Below are positions 18,306 to 27,162 of a stretch of 64,000 nucleotides of DNA, piece by piece. The notes beneath the pieces were generated by a model. The model saw nothing but the letters and a program-made list of their open reading frames with translations, did no database searches and had not been told where the DNA came from. Made by a program: the position numbers and the translations under genes. Every line of letters begins with the position of its first letter. Position 1 is the stretch's first letter. The stretch is from a virus (taxonomy: Duplodnaviria; Caudoviricetes), in IMG/VR virus record IMGVR_UViG_3300036832_001498, positions 1,924 to 65,923 of that record. One strand, 5' to 3'.

Positions 18306-18815
18306 ATGAAAAGTGCATCTGCGGACTGGACAGCTATTTGTGAAACTTGCGGGAATGCTTTCAGCTATCCCGATTTTGATTGCCCCAAGCAGCCGGGCAA
18401 GCACACGGTGGTGGGCAAGAAGTACTACCACTTGGGCGGAGCCCACATTCAGAACGAGCGCGAGCGCCGCCTGTTCCAGCTCAGCCTGAACCTGAAGCCC
18501 GATCTCGAAGTGCGTGACAAGGTCACTGGCATGATCACTCGCGAGCCCGGCGTTCTGATCACGCTCGATCCCGGCGGCACTTATGAAACCAACGATCCGG
18601 AAGAGCAGTACTACCTCGATCACAAGCTCGGCATGCACTTCGGCGAAAGCGGCAAGCAGGCTTGGGACAAGGTCTACCTCACCAAGGATCAGCAGCTCAC
18701 CAAAGCCAACGCCGAACTGGACGACACCCGTCGCCAGATCCGCGAGAACAACATCCTGCTGGAGGATGTGAAGAAGTCGAAGACCGGAGCTGCCAATGCC
18801 GTGGGCGTGCGCTAG
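18306..18815 (+). CDS. Hypothetical (CxxC, C-terminal coiled coil)
   Basis: GAGG RBS; head-region position. Confidence 0.6.
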   Translation: MKSASADWTAICETCGNAFSYPDFDCPKQPGKHTVVGKKYYHLGGAHIQNERERRLFQLSLNLKPDLEVRDKVTGMITREPGVLITLDPGGTYETNDPEEQYYLDHKLGMHFGESGKQAWDKVYLTKDQQLTKANAELDDTRRQIRENNILLEDVKKSKTGAANAVGVR

Positions 18816-19191
18816 CTGCGGCAGCGAGACCAATCGCTCTCGCTCCACCTTTGAGCCTTCCGGCGAGCTGAAGCAGGAAGTGTGCCCGCACTGCTCGCCG
18901 GAATCCTTCGACGGCGTGATCCACATGCCCACCGACCTGAAGCTTTGGCCTGGGCCTGCCGCCATGCCCAATCTTTACAAGCGGGGCAAGGATGACGTGT
19001 ACCGCGCCAAGGATGAACTGATTTCCGACACCGTCGCGGGCTGGGACCGGGGACCGGAAGAGGAACGCAAGGAGCGCAAGCGGGCCCTGCGCCGCACCGA
19101 GCCCCTCACGTCTGATGAACTACGAGCCGCGATTCGCTGGGGAAATGAATGCCTGAAGCCGATGTTGGAGAGCGAGAGAAACTCAAACTGA
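18796..19191 (+). CDS. Hypothetical with Zn ribbon
   Basis: CASC...CPHC; GGAG RBS. Confidence 0.6.
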   Translation: MPWACASCGSETNRSRSTFEPSGELKQEVCPHCSPESFDGVIHMPTDLKLWPGPAAMPNLYKRGKDDVYRAKDELISDTVAGWDRGPEEERKERKRALRRTEPLTSDELRAAIRWGNECLKPMLESERNSN

Positions 19192-20150
19192 CGGTGGTCG
19201 AACACAAGCGCAAGAAGGTGCGCAACCTGATTGCCTCGCCCGAGGGCCGCGAAGCCCTGCGCATGGAGTTCGGGCTCAACTTCGTTTTCGTGGACGATGC
19301 CGAGCAGCAGAAGATTCCCGTGATCCGCCTGCTCACTCCGACGCACAGCGGAATTCCCAAACCGCAGATGAGTCAGGCGGTGCAGAACATGATGCTCTAC
19401 TCCAAGGGTCAGTGCATCGTGGTTCCGGATAACGGGATCAGTTCGAGCTGCGTGCACTGGGTGCGCAACGATCTCGTCCTGCGCATGCAGAAAACCAAAC
19501 AGCACTACGACTACGCGCTGCTGTGTGACGACGACATCACGCCGCCCAAGGATGCGCTGCTGAAGCTGCTGGCTTGGGACAAGGACATCATCGCGGGCGG
19601 CTGCACGGTGCGGCAGGATCCGCCCACGCCCAACTTTCGCGTCTACTACCCCGAGGAAAAAACCTACCGCACCGCCAAGGACTGGCGCGGCCTATCTCCC
19701 GATGGCCGCCTGGTAAAAGACGGTCTGGTCGAAGTGGGCGCAGTGGGCCCCGGCTTCATGCTGATCCGGCGGCAAGTGTTTGATGTGATCGGCGAGTACT
19801 ACCTCAGCTGCCGCCACGAGCGCGACTGGTTCGGCCTGCGCGGCGCACTGCTGGAGAAGGTGGAGAAGCAGCGCCGCGCCGACGCGGCCAAGACGGGCAA
19901 CCAGTGGTGGTTTGAATTTCTCAAGCATCCTGCCGGAGAAGGCGAATACGGAGAGGACATTTCCTTCTGCTACAAGGCCATGCGAACCGGCCTGAAAATC
20001 TTTGTCGACACGACAGTGCGCTGCGGTCATATCGGCTGGTATCCCTACGGCCTCGATGACTTCTGCGGCCCCCTCGATGCGGAATGTGGTGGAGAGCTGG
20101 AAGAAGTGAATGTGAATGCAGAGGAGGAGGCAGAACCGGTCTCGGACTAA
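19149..20150 (+). CDS. Glycosyltransferase family 2-like (GT-A fold)
   Basis: LLCDDD (DxD), VGPGFMLIRR, GEDISFC, DTTVRCGHIG. Confidence 0.75.
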   Translation: MPEADVGEREKLKLTVVEHKRKKVRNLIASPEGREALRMEFGLNFVFVDDAEQQKIPVIRLLTPTHSGIPKPQMSQAVQNMMLYSKGQCIVVPDNGISSSCVHWVRNDLVLRMQKTKQHYDYALLCDDDITPPKDALLKLLAWDKDIIAGGCTVRQDPPTPNFRVYYPEEKTYRTAKDWRGLSPDGRLVKDGLVEVGAVGPGFMLIRRQVFDVIGEYYLSCRHERDWFGLRGALLEKVEKQRRADAAKTGNQWWFEFLKHPAGEGEYGEDISFCYKAMRTGLKIFVDTTVRCGHIGWYPYGLDDFCGPLDAECGGELEEVNVNAEEEAEPVSD

Positions 20151-20161
20151 GAGGTGTCGCG

Positions 20162-20713
20162 TTGTCAAAACAAAATGCACTGTTCGTCCCCGCCATCAGC
20201 GAGTACCAACTCGATGAACTCGTCAACATCTTTTCCGACATCCGCGATTTCATGGGTGTCACACCAGAATGCTACTTCGAACAGATTGCGGGTCCGAACG
20301 GGCTCACGATCACCGGGAGGATCAAGAAAATGGAACTGCGAGAAGGACAGCAAGTTGATGCCACAGTCACACTGAAAACCGCTGCGGGGAATCCCGCAGC
20401 CTATCAGAAGGGCACCGCCAAGTGGACGACTTCGGATGAAACTGCCGTGCAAGTCATGCAGGCAGCGGCACCGGTAGATGAACTCAAGGCGACGATTTAC
20501 GGAGTTTCGGGAGCGAACAACACTCCCGTGCTGATCACCTTCACGTGTGACGGCGATCCCGACTCTGACCAGCAGCGCGACATTGTGGCCACGCTCGATG
20601 TGGTCTGCACGCAAGGCGAAGCGGTCGTTGCCGAGATCGACACTGGAACAGCTACCGATTCGGGCCCGCAGGTAAACCCGCTGAAAGCAGCCGTGATCGC
20701 CAAGAAGAAATAA
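20162..20713 (+). CDS. Ig-like beta-sandwich structural protein (alternative start 20330)
   Basis: TLKTAAGNPA...WTTSDE...; GAGG RBS at TTG 20162, GGGAGG RBS at ATG 20330. Confidence 0.5.
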   Translation: MSKQNALFVPAISEYQLDELVNIFSDIRDFMGVTPECYFEQIAGPNGLTITGRIKKMELREGQQVDATVTLKTAAGNPAAYQKGTAKWTTSDETAVQVMQAAAPVDELKATIYGVSGANNTPVLITFTCDGDPDSDQQRDIVATLDVVCTQGEAVVAEIDTGTATDSGPQVNPLKAAVIAKKK

Positions 20714-23700
20714 ATGGGGACCGTCACTCCAGTCCGTGGTCTGTACAAGCCTGCTCATGCGGAAATCAACTGGGATGCTCTGGTTGATGGAAACTTTGAC
20801 AACTTGGATGCGACTGCGGATGTGGCCTACGTCGATGCGCAGAACGCGCTGGACGAAAAACTCGCCAACAAAAACGTTGCCAACGGATACGCCGGGCTGG
20901 ATGCGAGCGGGCTCATTGATCTCGCTCAACTCCCGCCCGGCACCGGAGGCAACCAGCCCTACATCGTGGCCAGCGAGGCCGAGATGCTGGCCCTGCCCGC
21001 GCACGTTGGCGACACCGCGATCCGCACCGACATCAATGCGAATTTCATCTTAGGTGACTTACCGCCCTCGGTGCTGGCCAACTGGTTCGAGCTGGAAGCG
21101 CCTGCGGGTGGCGTGTCGAGCGTTGCCGGAAAAACCGGCGATGTGATTCTGGTCGAAGGTGACATCGTCAACCTGACCAGCGATCTCGCGGCGCTGGTGC
21201 CGCAGACCACCACGGTCAACGGACACGCGCTGTCCTCGAACATCACGATTGCGGCGAACGATCTGGGCGTGGGCGCACTGCCTAACGGAACCACCGCCAC
21301 CACGCAGCTCGCGCTCGACAGCTCTACCAAACTTTCCACGACCGCGTACAGCGATGCGGCGGTCGCGGTCGAGAAGACTCGCGCTCTGGCAGCAGAGGCC
21401 TTACTCGTCCCGAAAACCACCACGGTGAACGGGCATGCGCTCTCGTCGAACGTCACCATCACGGCGAGTGATCTCGGCCTGTCGGCGCTCGCCACCTCCG
21501 GTGCGTGGAGCGATTTGCAAAACGCCACCGCCGCGCTCACTCTCTCCAATGGCGCGAACGATTCCACCTTCAATCACACCTCGGCAGTCAACTGGACGCT
21601 AGCCAACACCACGGCAGCAGTCCTCGCCACGGCGCAGTCGTCACCGATTCTGAATCTCAATGGGAAATATTGGGATGGAGCCGCGTCACAAACGGATTCG
21701 TGGACGCTGCAGAATGTCGTAGGCAGCGGCACCAATGGCACCAGCTCGCTGACCATCGGGCACACGGGGAGCACGGGGCAGACGCAGCTGATCACGCCCG
21801 GGCGCATCCGCATGGTCGGCACCACGGGCCCGACGATCACCGGCTCCGGCACGCAGACGATTGACATCTGCACCAACCTCACCGCCTCCAGCAACATTGA
21901 TCTCGCTATCAATCTGGACAGTGACAACAACGGGACGTTGTTCAATTCCGGAATCCTGCAAGCTCTCCACGCTGGAGGACTGTCTCTGAGGTGCAACAAC
22001 AACCTCGGCACCACACTTCAGCAGATCACCATCTCGGGCTGTGTGAGCAACGTGGCTTCGGGTGCCGCAGTACAGCTGGGGCATGACAACGGCAACAACC
22101 GCAACCTGCTGTCGACCACCGGCGAAACCTCGGGTGTTCGCATCGGAACAGGGACCAGCGGTTCTGCTATCGGAGAAGTGGCAATCGCACCGCTGTTTGG
22201 CAATGCGCAGCTCAACGCCCTGTCCATCGCTCCGGTGGTCAACGTCCCTACCGCCACAGTCACCTTCACCTCGGCCACCATCAACTCATCCACCCAAGCA
22301 GTCCTGCTGTGCGCCAGCACGACCGGCCTGACTGTTGGTGCGACCGGGTTCGTGGTGGCAGGGTTCGTGAACGCCAACAACCTGCAGCTCAACGGTTCGT
22401 GGACGATTGCGGCGGTCGTCGTCAACACCAGCGTGACCCTCACCGGTTCAGGGTGGACAACCCACGTCGCATCCGGCGGTGAAACCGCCACCGGAACACA
22501 GCACGCCCTGTGCACCTACACCGGCATCAAGCTGAACGTCACAGAGACGGCAGTGGGAGCTGCAACCGGAAACTTCCTGCTGGACTTGCAGGTTGGTTCT
22601 GTTTCAAGATTTTCTGTTGACAACACAGGTTCACCGAGATATGCCAACCCTACGGCTGCGACCTCAGGTGTACCACAGTCCTCACCAACGGAAACGTTCT
22701 CCGGTCAGTACTGGACAGGTTCAGCATCGGCAGAAGACAAGTGGACGATTCAGAACGTCATTGCCAGCGGGACCAACGGCACCGGCAAGCTGGCACTGAC
22801 GCACACCGGAACTACAGGTGCGCTGACGTTTGCACTGCCGAGTGGGGCCACAGTGGATGCTGTCAACTGGCAGCTAAAAACCAATCCGATTGGTAACCTA
22901 TTCGGAAACGCTCAAGGGTTCGTAGTCCAAGCGTCGGGCCATGCTGTACATGTGATTGGCTTCCAACAGTTGTTTGGTGCTGGTGTACTGCTAGGAAACC
23001 AAGCTAACTTCACCAACCCTGTTCAATCTGGTATCGGAGTCCAGTATGGGGTCGCTCTGGGCAACCCCATCAACTACACAACTTTGGGAACCCTGAACTT
23101 CGCCCCGACCACCAGCCCCGTCAAAGTTGTAGGTGCTGGCGTGAACATGATTGTCAACGAGACGGGCACTGCAAGCGGGGACTACACAGGCTTGCAGGTC
23201 AACGTTCTCGAAACCGCCTTCCTCGGCAGCAACGCACGTCTTGCAGAGTTCCAGAACTCTTGCGGCATCACGAACGTGTCGGAAGACGTCAGCAGCGTTG
23301 TGACGCTCACTGTGGTTAACAACAAAGCTGTCGCCGGTCAAACGGTGCTGCTTGAGGGGTTGACTACGGCAACATGGCTCAATGGAAGATCAGTGGTTCT
23401 GACCACCGCATCAGCAACGACACTGACGTTCACCGACCCCACAGCGCATGGAACGCAAGCGTCACACGCTGAAGTAGGCAGAGTCTCGCTCACCGTGATG
23501 TCCGTGGACAGTGTGGGAAAGCTGAGATGTGCCACCGCCATTCCTACCACCATCACCGATGGAGCGGCTTCAGTCGGCTCCAGCGGAAACCTGCTCTCTT
23601 CCACCGGCACCGGCCTTGCATGGGTGGCAGCGCCCGCGACTCCGCCGCCCAGCGGAACCATGCACAGCCTGATCTTCAACGGCTCGGCCACTCTGGGAGC

Positions 23701-24292
23701 GGGCAACAACTATCCCAGCATGTGGTCGCATCTGGGCGGCACATTCGCGGTGAATAACAGCGCGGTGAGCGCGGGCAATCCTCCCAGCTACATCTCGACC
23801 AGCGCCTCGGCGGGATCGTCGACGCTGGCCGAAGATGCGATTGCGGTGCAGGCCTGCAAGAACATCATTGCCCAGTTCACTTTTTATGGCGCACTGAACA
23901 CCGTCACTAACGGAACTTTCTGGTTCGGTTTCTCGGCTCTGGAAGCGGCTGCACTGGGCGTGACCAATCCCAATGGCTCGACCATTGCGTTCCGTTTCGT
24001 GCAGGGCACCGACACCAACTTCATGGCCTATGTCGGCACCGCCACTGGAACTTTCACTGCGACCTCCACCGGCGTGGCACAGGACACCGCCTGGCACGAA
24101 TTCAAGATCGCTCAGGACGCGAGCGGAAATTTTCTGTTCTACATCGATGGCGTACTGAAGGTCACGATGGCTGCTGCGTCCACTGGCATGCCCACAGCCA
24201 ACACCGGCATGTTCGCCATCACGCAGTGCACCGCATCGTCGGGCACGGTTTCGTATCTCCTCAACTCGGTTCGCTGGTGGAGCAAGTTTTGA
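20714..24292 (+). CDS. Tail fibre / receptor-binding protein (1192 aa)
   Basis: NGYAGLDASG, VSSVAGKTGDV fibre motifs; Thr/Gly/Ser-rich; internal repeats; lectin-like C-terminus (WHEFKI...FYIDGVL). Confidence 0.8.
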   Translation: MGTVTPVRGLYKPAHAEINWDALVDGNFDNLDATADVAYVDAQNALDEKLANKNVANGYAGLDASGLIDLAQLPPGTGGNQPYIVASEAEMLALPAHVGDTAIRTDINANFILGDLPPSVLANWFELEAPAGGVSSVAGKTGDVILVEGDIVNLTSDLAALVPQTTTVNGHALSSNITIAANDLGVGALPNGTTATTQLALDSSTKLSTTAYSDAAVAVEKTRALAAEALLVPKTTTVNGHALSSNVTITASDLGLSALATSGAWSDLQNATAALTLSNGANDSTFNHTSAVNWTLANTTAAVLATAQSSPILNLNGKYWDGAASQTDSWTLQNVVGSGTNGTSSLTIGHTGSTGQTQLITPGRIRMVGTTGPTITGSGTQTIDICTNLTASSNIDLAINLDSDNNGTLFNSGILQALHAGGLSLRCNNNLGTTLQQITISGCVSNVASGAAVQLGHDNGNNRNLLSTTGETSGVRIGTGTSGSAIGEVAIAPLFGNAQLNALSIAPVVNVPTATVTFTSATINSSTQAVLLCASTTGLTVGATGFVVAGFVNANNLQLNGSWTIAAVVVNTSVTLTGSGWTTHVASGGETATGTQHALCTYTGIKLNVTETAVGAATGNFLLDLQVGSVSRFSVDNTGSPRYANPTAATSGVPQSSPTETFSGQYWTGSASAEDKWTIQNVIASGTNGTGKLALTHTGTTGALTFALPSGATVDAVNWQLKTNPIGNLFGNAQGFVVQASGHAVHVIGFQQLFGAGVLLGNQANFTNPVQSGIGVQYGVALGNPINYTTLGTLNFAPTTSPVKVVGAGVNMIVNETGTASGDYTGLQVNVLETAFLGSNARLAEFQNSCGITNVSEDVSSVVTLTVVNNKAVAGQTVLLEGLTTATWLNGRSVVLTTASATTLTFTDPTAHGTQASHAEVGRVSLTVMSVDSVGKLRCATAIPTTITDGAASVGSSGNLLSSTGTGLAWVAAPATPPPSGTMHSLIFNGSATLGAGNNYPSMWSHLGGTFAVNNSAVSAGNPPSYISTSASAGSSTLAEDAIAVQACKNIIAQFTFYGALNTVTNGTFWFGFSALEAAALGVTNPNGSTIAFRFVQGTDTNFMAYVGTATGTFTATSTGVAQDTAWHEFKIAQDASGNFLFYIDGVLKVTMAAASTGMPTANTGMFAITQCTASSGTVSYLLNSVRWWSKF

Positions 24293-24297
24293 ATCAC

Positions 24298-24573
24298 ATG
24301 GAAATTTTGGCCGAACTGAACGAAGCAGAGCAACTTGCTACTCGCAAGTTTGAAGTAGAAGAGTTGCGGGCGAAGATCAAACAGCAGGAATTCAAGATCA
24401 CGGTGGAAGCGCAATACGTCGTGCTGCAGCAGGATCTGCAAGCCAAGGTCAACGCGACGCTGGAGCATCTGCGCGAGCTGGCGAAGGCGCATGAACTCAA
24501 CTTCGAGGACGTGGCCTTCGATTTCGACAAGCTGGCCTTCATTCCCAAGAAGGGGCAGAAGGCTGCGGGGTAA
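24298..24573 (+). CDS. Small coiled-coil protein, possible fibre chaperone
   Basis: Directly after fibre; heptad-rich. Confidence 0.5.
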   Translation: MEILAELNEAEQLATRKFEVEELRAKIKQQEFKITVEAQYVVLQQDLQAKVNATLEHLRELAKAHELNFEDVAFDFDKLAFIPKKGQKAAG

Positions 24574-24861
24574 ATGGCCTGCTACGGCGAGTGGGGTAGC
24601 CCGTGGGGGCAGCCGTGGGGCGGTGGAATTTGTTACGACGGCGAGATCGTTTGCGATCCCGGCTACGCGGTCGCTGCCGTCGCACTCGACATTCCCGAAG
24701 CGCTGGGAGTGCTTTACTGCGATGCGGGCTGGTCGTTGGCTGCAGTCGCGGTGAGCATTTCGAAGTCGGTGCCATCGGTTCGGTGCGGCACATCGGAATC
24801 TAGACCGGTTGTGATCTCGATCCCGCACACCATTGTGGAGCATCCATGGCGATTCCTCTGA
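24574..24861 (+). CDS. Small tail-region protein with WG repeats
   Basis: EWGSPWGQPWGG; internal duplication. Confidence 0.5.
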   Translation: MACYGEWGSPWGQPWGGGICYDGEIVCDPGYAVAAVALDIPEALGVLYCDAGWSLAAVAVSISKSVPSVRCGTSESRPVVISIPHTIVEHPWRFL

Positions 24862-25172
24862 TCTTCTACAAGGCCAACGACAATTTTCTGACGCTGCCGA
24901 ATGTGCGCGACGCCCTCACCGCCCAACTGATCTCTGGAGCCGAGATCACCGCCTACCTGGTCGACTCGGACGGCGAATCAGTGGATGGAAACTTCGACGG
25001 CGTCGACATGACGGAGAGCGGGACGCAGCCCGGCACCTATCAATGCACCATCCCCGGCAGCTTCGATCCTCCTGCCGGGATCTACAACGTGCTCTATATC
25101 GGCGAGACCCAAGACGGCAAGCACATGCAGATCAAGCAACGCGCTGAAGTTCTCGAACGCGAGGTGAAATAA
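24846..25172 (+). CDS. Beta-sandwich tail-region protein
   Basis: GGAG RBS; PGTYQCTIP...GIYNVL. Confidence 0.55.
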   Translation: MAIPLIFYKANDNFLTLPNVRDALTAQLISGAEITAYLVDSDGESVDGNFDGVDMTESGTQPGTYQCTIPGSFDPPAGIYNVLYIGETQDGKHMQIKQRAEVLEREVK

Positions 25173-25892
25173 ATGGCGACCTCACCGGTTCCGCCACTGG
25201 GCGGATGGAAAAGATCCGAGCTGATCGATGTAGCCGACCGGCGCACCGACCGCCGCGCTTCGAAGAAGCTCGATCTCGATAGCGAGTTCCTGTCCGCGCT
25301 GCAGGAGTTCTGTCTGGAATTCCGTTGGCCCTGGCGACGCAAGACCAAGCGCTTCGATCTGATCGCGGATCAGTCCGCCTACGACATGACCGATCCGCTG
25401 CTGATGAACATGCAGGACATGCACCTGTTTCAGGAGCACGGCGTGCACCTGCTCAAGCCGCCTTCGGTGGATCCGGTAGAGCTGACGCCGGTCTTCGATG
25501 TCGATGAACAGGATCGCCTGCTGGATTCGACTGCGCCCTCTGCGCAGCCGCAGGTTTATTTCATGCAACCGTTCCTGACCTTCAACGTGGCCCCCGTGCC
25601 CGATCAGATCTACAGCATGCGGATCTCTTACTGGGCCTGCCCCAATCCGCAGCTGGTCAAGCAGGACGACACCATTCCGCTGGTGCCCGGCTATCTGCAT
25701 CACCTGCTCTGCAAGAAGCTGGAGCTGCAACTGCTGCGCTTCACCATCGGCGAGGGCGCGGCCAAGTACATGACGGTCGAGAAGGAATACGACCGGCTGC
25801 TGTTGCAGAACCAGGTGTGGGCAGACTTCGGCTCTGATCACGTCACCGAGTATCGCGACTTCGATCAGAACGATTACGTCAGGAGCACATGA
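25173..25892 (+). CDS. Head-tail adaptor (P22 gp4 / tail tubular A-like)
   Basis: WPWRRK, P.PD..Y...ISYW, PLVPGYLHHLL; position before nozzle. Confidence 0.65.
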   Translation: MATSPVPPLGGWKRSELIDVADRRTDRRASKKLDLDSEFLSALQEFCLEFRWPWRRKTKRFDLIADQSAYDMTDPLLMNMQDMHLFQEHGVHLLKPPSVDPVELTPVFDVDEQDRLLDSTAPSAQPQVYFMQPFLTFNVAPVPDQIYSMRISYWACPNPQLVKQDDTIPLVPGYLHHLLCKKLELQLLRFTIGEGAAKYMTVEKEYDRLLLQNQVWADFGSDHVTEYRDFDQNDYVRST

Positions 25893-26107
25893 GCCCGATT
25901 CGTCCCGTCGATGATCCGGTGCCGGGCGGCGGCGTTGACAGCCGCTCCAACCCGGTCAACATGCCGCAGAACCGATACCTGCTGCTGCGCAACTGGGTGC
26001 CGAAGCAGGACGGGCATCTGCAGCTGCGCAATGGCTACACGCTGATTCCCACCAGCCCGGTAAATGCGCAGGGCTGGGGCATTGCGTGGGCGATTTACTG
26101 GGGGTAA
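25889..26107 (+). CDS. N-terminal fragment of nozzle/tail tubular B-like protein
   Basis: GGVDSRSNP...LLRNWVP..DG.L.LRNGY resembles nozzle N-termini; ends after 72 aa. Confidence 0.5.
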   Translation: MSPIRPVDDPVPGGGVDSRSNPVNMPQNRYLLLRNWVPKQDGHLQLRNGYTLIPTSPVNAQGWGIAWAIYWG

Positions 26108-26110
26108 GAA

Positions 26111-27016
26111 ATGGCCGTTCTCACTGGACCGAAGATCGGAGTGATGGTTGGCGCGGCGCTGGGCGATGGCTACCTCGCGCAGGGCAACCAGATGCTGCGC
26201 TCGCTGCAGGCGCTCGTGCAGTCGAACGTGCTCGGGCGGCTCACCATTCCCCCGGTGTCTCCGGCAAACGGCGACACCTACATCGTGGGCGTGGGCGCGA
26301 CCGGCACGTGGAGCGGACACGACGGCGCGATTGCCTACTGGTCAACGCAGAACCTGAGCGCCTCGGCGTGGGATTTTTTCGCGCCGCAAGAAGGTTGGCT
26401 CACCTACAACCAGTCGGACGCCCAGCTCTATTACTACAACGGAGCGATCTGGGTTCCCTTCGGTGGCGTGCGCCTGGAAACTTCCGGGCAGGGATTTTTT
26501 TGCGGCGCGGGTATGGGCTACGTCGGTCTGTTCCAGAACCAGAACGCCAACGCCGCGATCACCGGCACCACTGCCGACAAGGTGGTGGTCTACCAGTTCG
26601 TTCTCGAAGCGACGTGGGTGCTGTCGTCATGCTCCTACAAGTTGTCCGCAACCTCAGCGGCTACGCATTTCAGCTTCGGCCTCTATAACGCCAGCGGCGC
26701 GAAGCTGGTCGATTGCCTGTTTGATGGTTCGATCTCGACGCTGCAGACGGTGAGCTTCGCGCCGGTGACCTTGCAGCCTGGTACTTATTACTTCGCCTGC
26801 TCGGCTACCAGCGCGACGCCGACGGGCCCGGTCTTCTTCAGCTCCGGCGGAACCTCAATTCAGGAGCTGGTCATGCTGAACGCGGTGCATCCTCTGCTGG
26901 CGACGGCAGCCAATTCCACCAGCGGCAATGTGATGCCCGCAACTCTGGGAGCACTTACCGCGATTACGACAGCGGCGTTCTGGACCGGCATGCCGATCCC
27001 GGTGTGGGCGGTATAA
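26111..27016 (+). CDS. DUF2793-domain tail protein
   Basis: PPVSPANGDTYIVG.GATG.WSGHDGAIA...W.F..PQEGW. Confidence 0.75.
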   Translation: MAVLTGPKIGVMVGAALGDGYLAQGNQMLRSLQALVQSNVLGRLTIPPVSPANGDTYIVGVGATGTWSGHDGAIAYWSTQNLSASAWDFFAPQEGWLTYNQSDAQLYYYNGAIWVPFGGVRLETSGQGFFCGAGMGYVGLFQNQNANAAITGTTADKVVVYQFVLEATWVLSSCSYKLSATSAATHFSFGLYNASGAKLVDCLFDGSISTLQTVSFAPVTLQPGTYYFACSATSATPTGPVFFSSGGTSIQELVMLNAVHPLLATAANSTSGNVMPATLGALTAITTAAFWTGMPIPVWAV

Positions 27017-27162
27017 CAAAAATGTGATATCACTCGTCGCACTCGCACGGTTCTTAAGCGACGAGTGCCACGAGTGGTTCGCTATCGCCATGGAAACAAA
27101 GTCACTAGAGAACTCGCACTCGCCGGTTAACAAACGCACGAGTGCGACGAGTCTGGCTTGAA

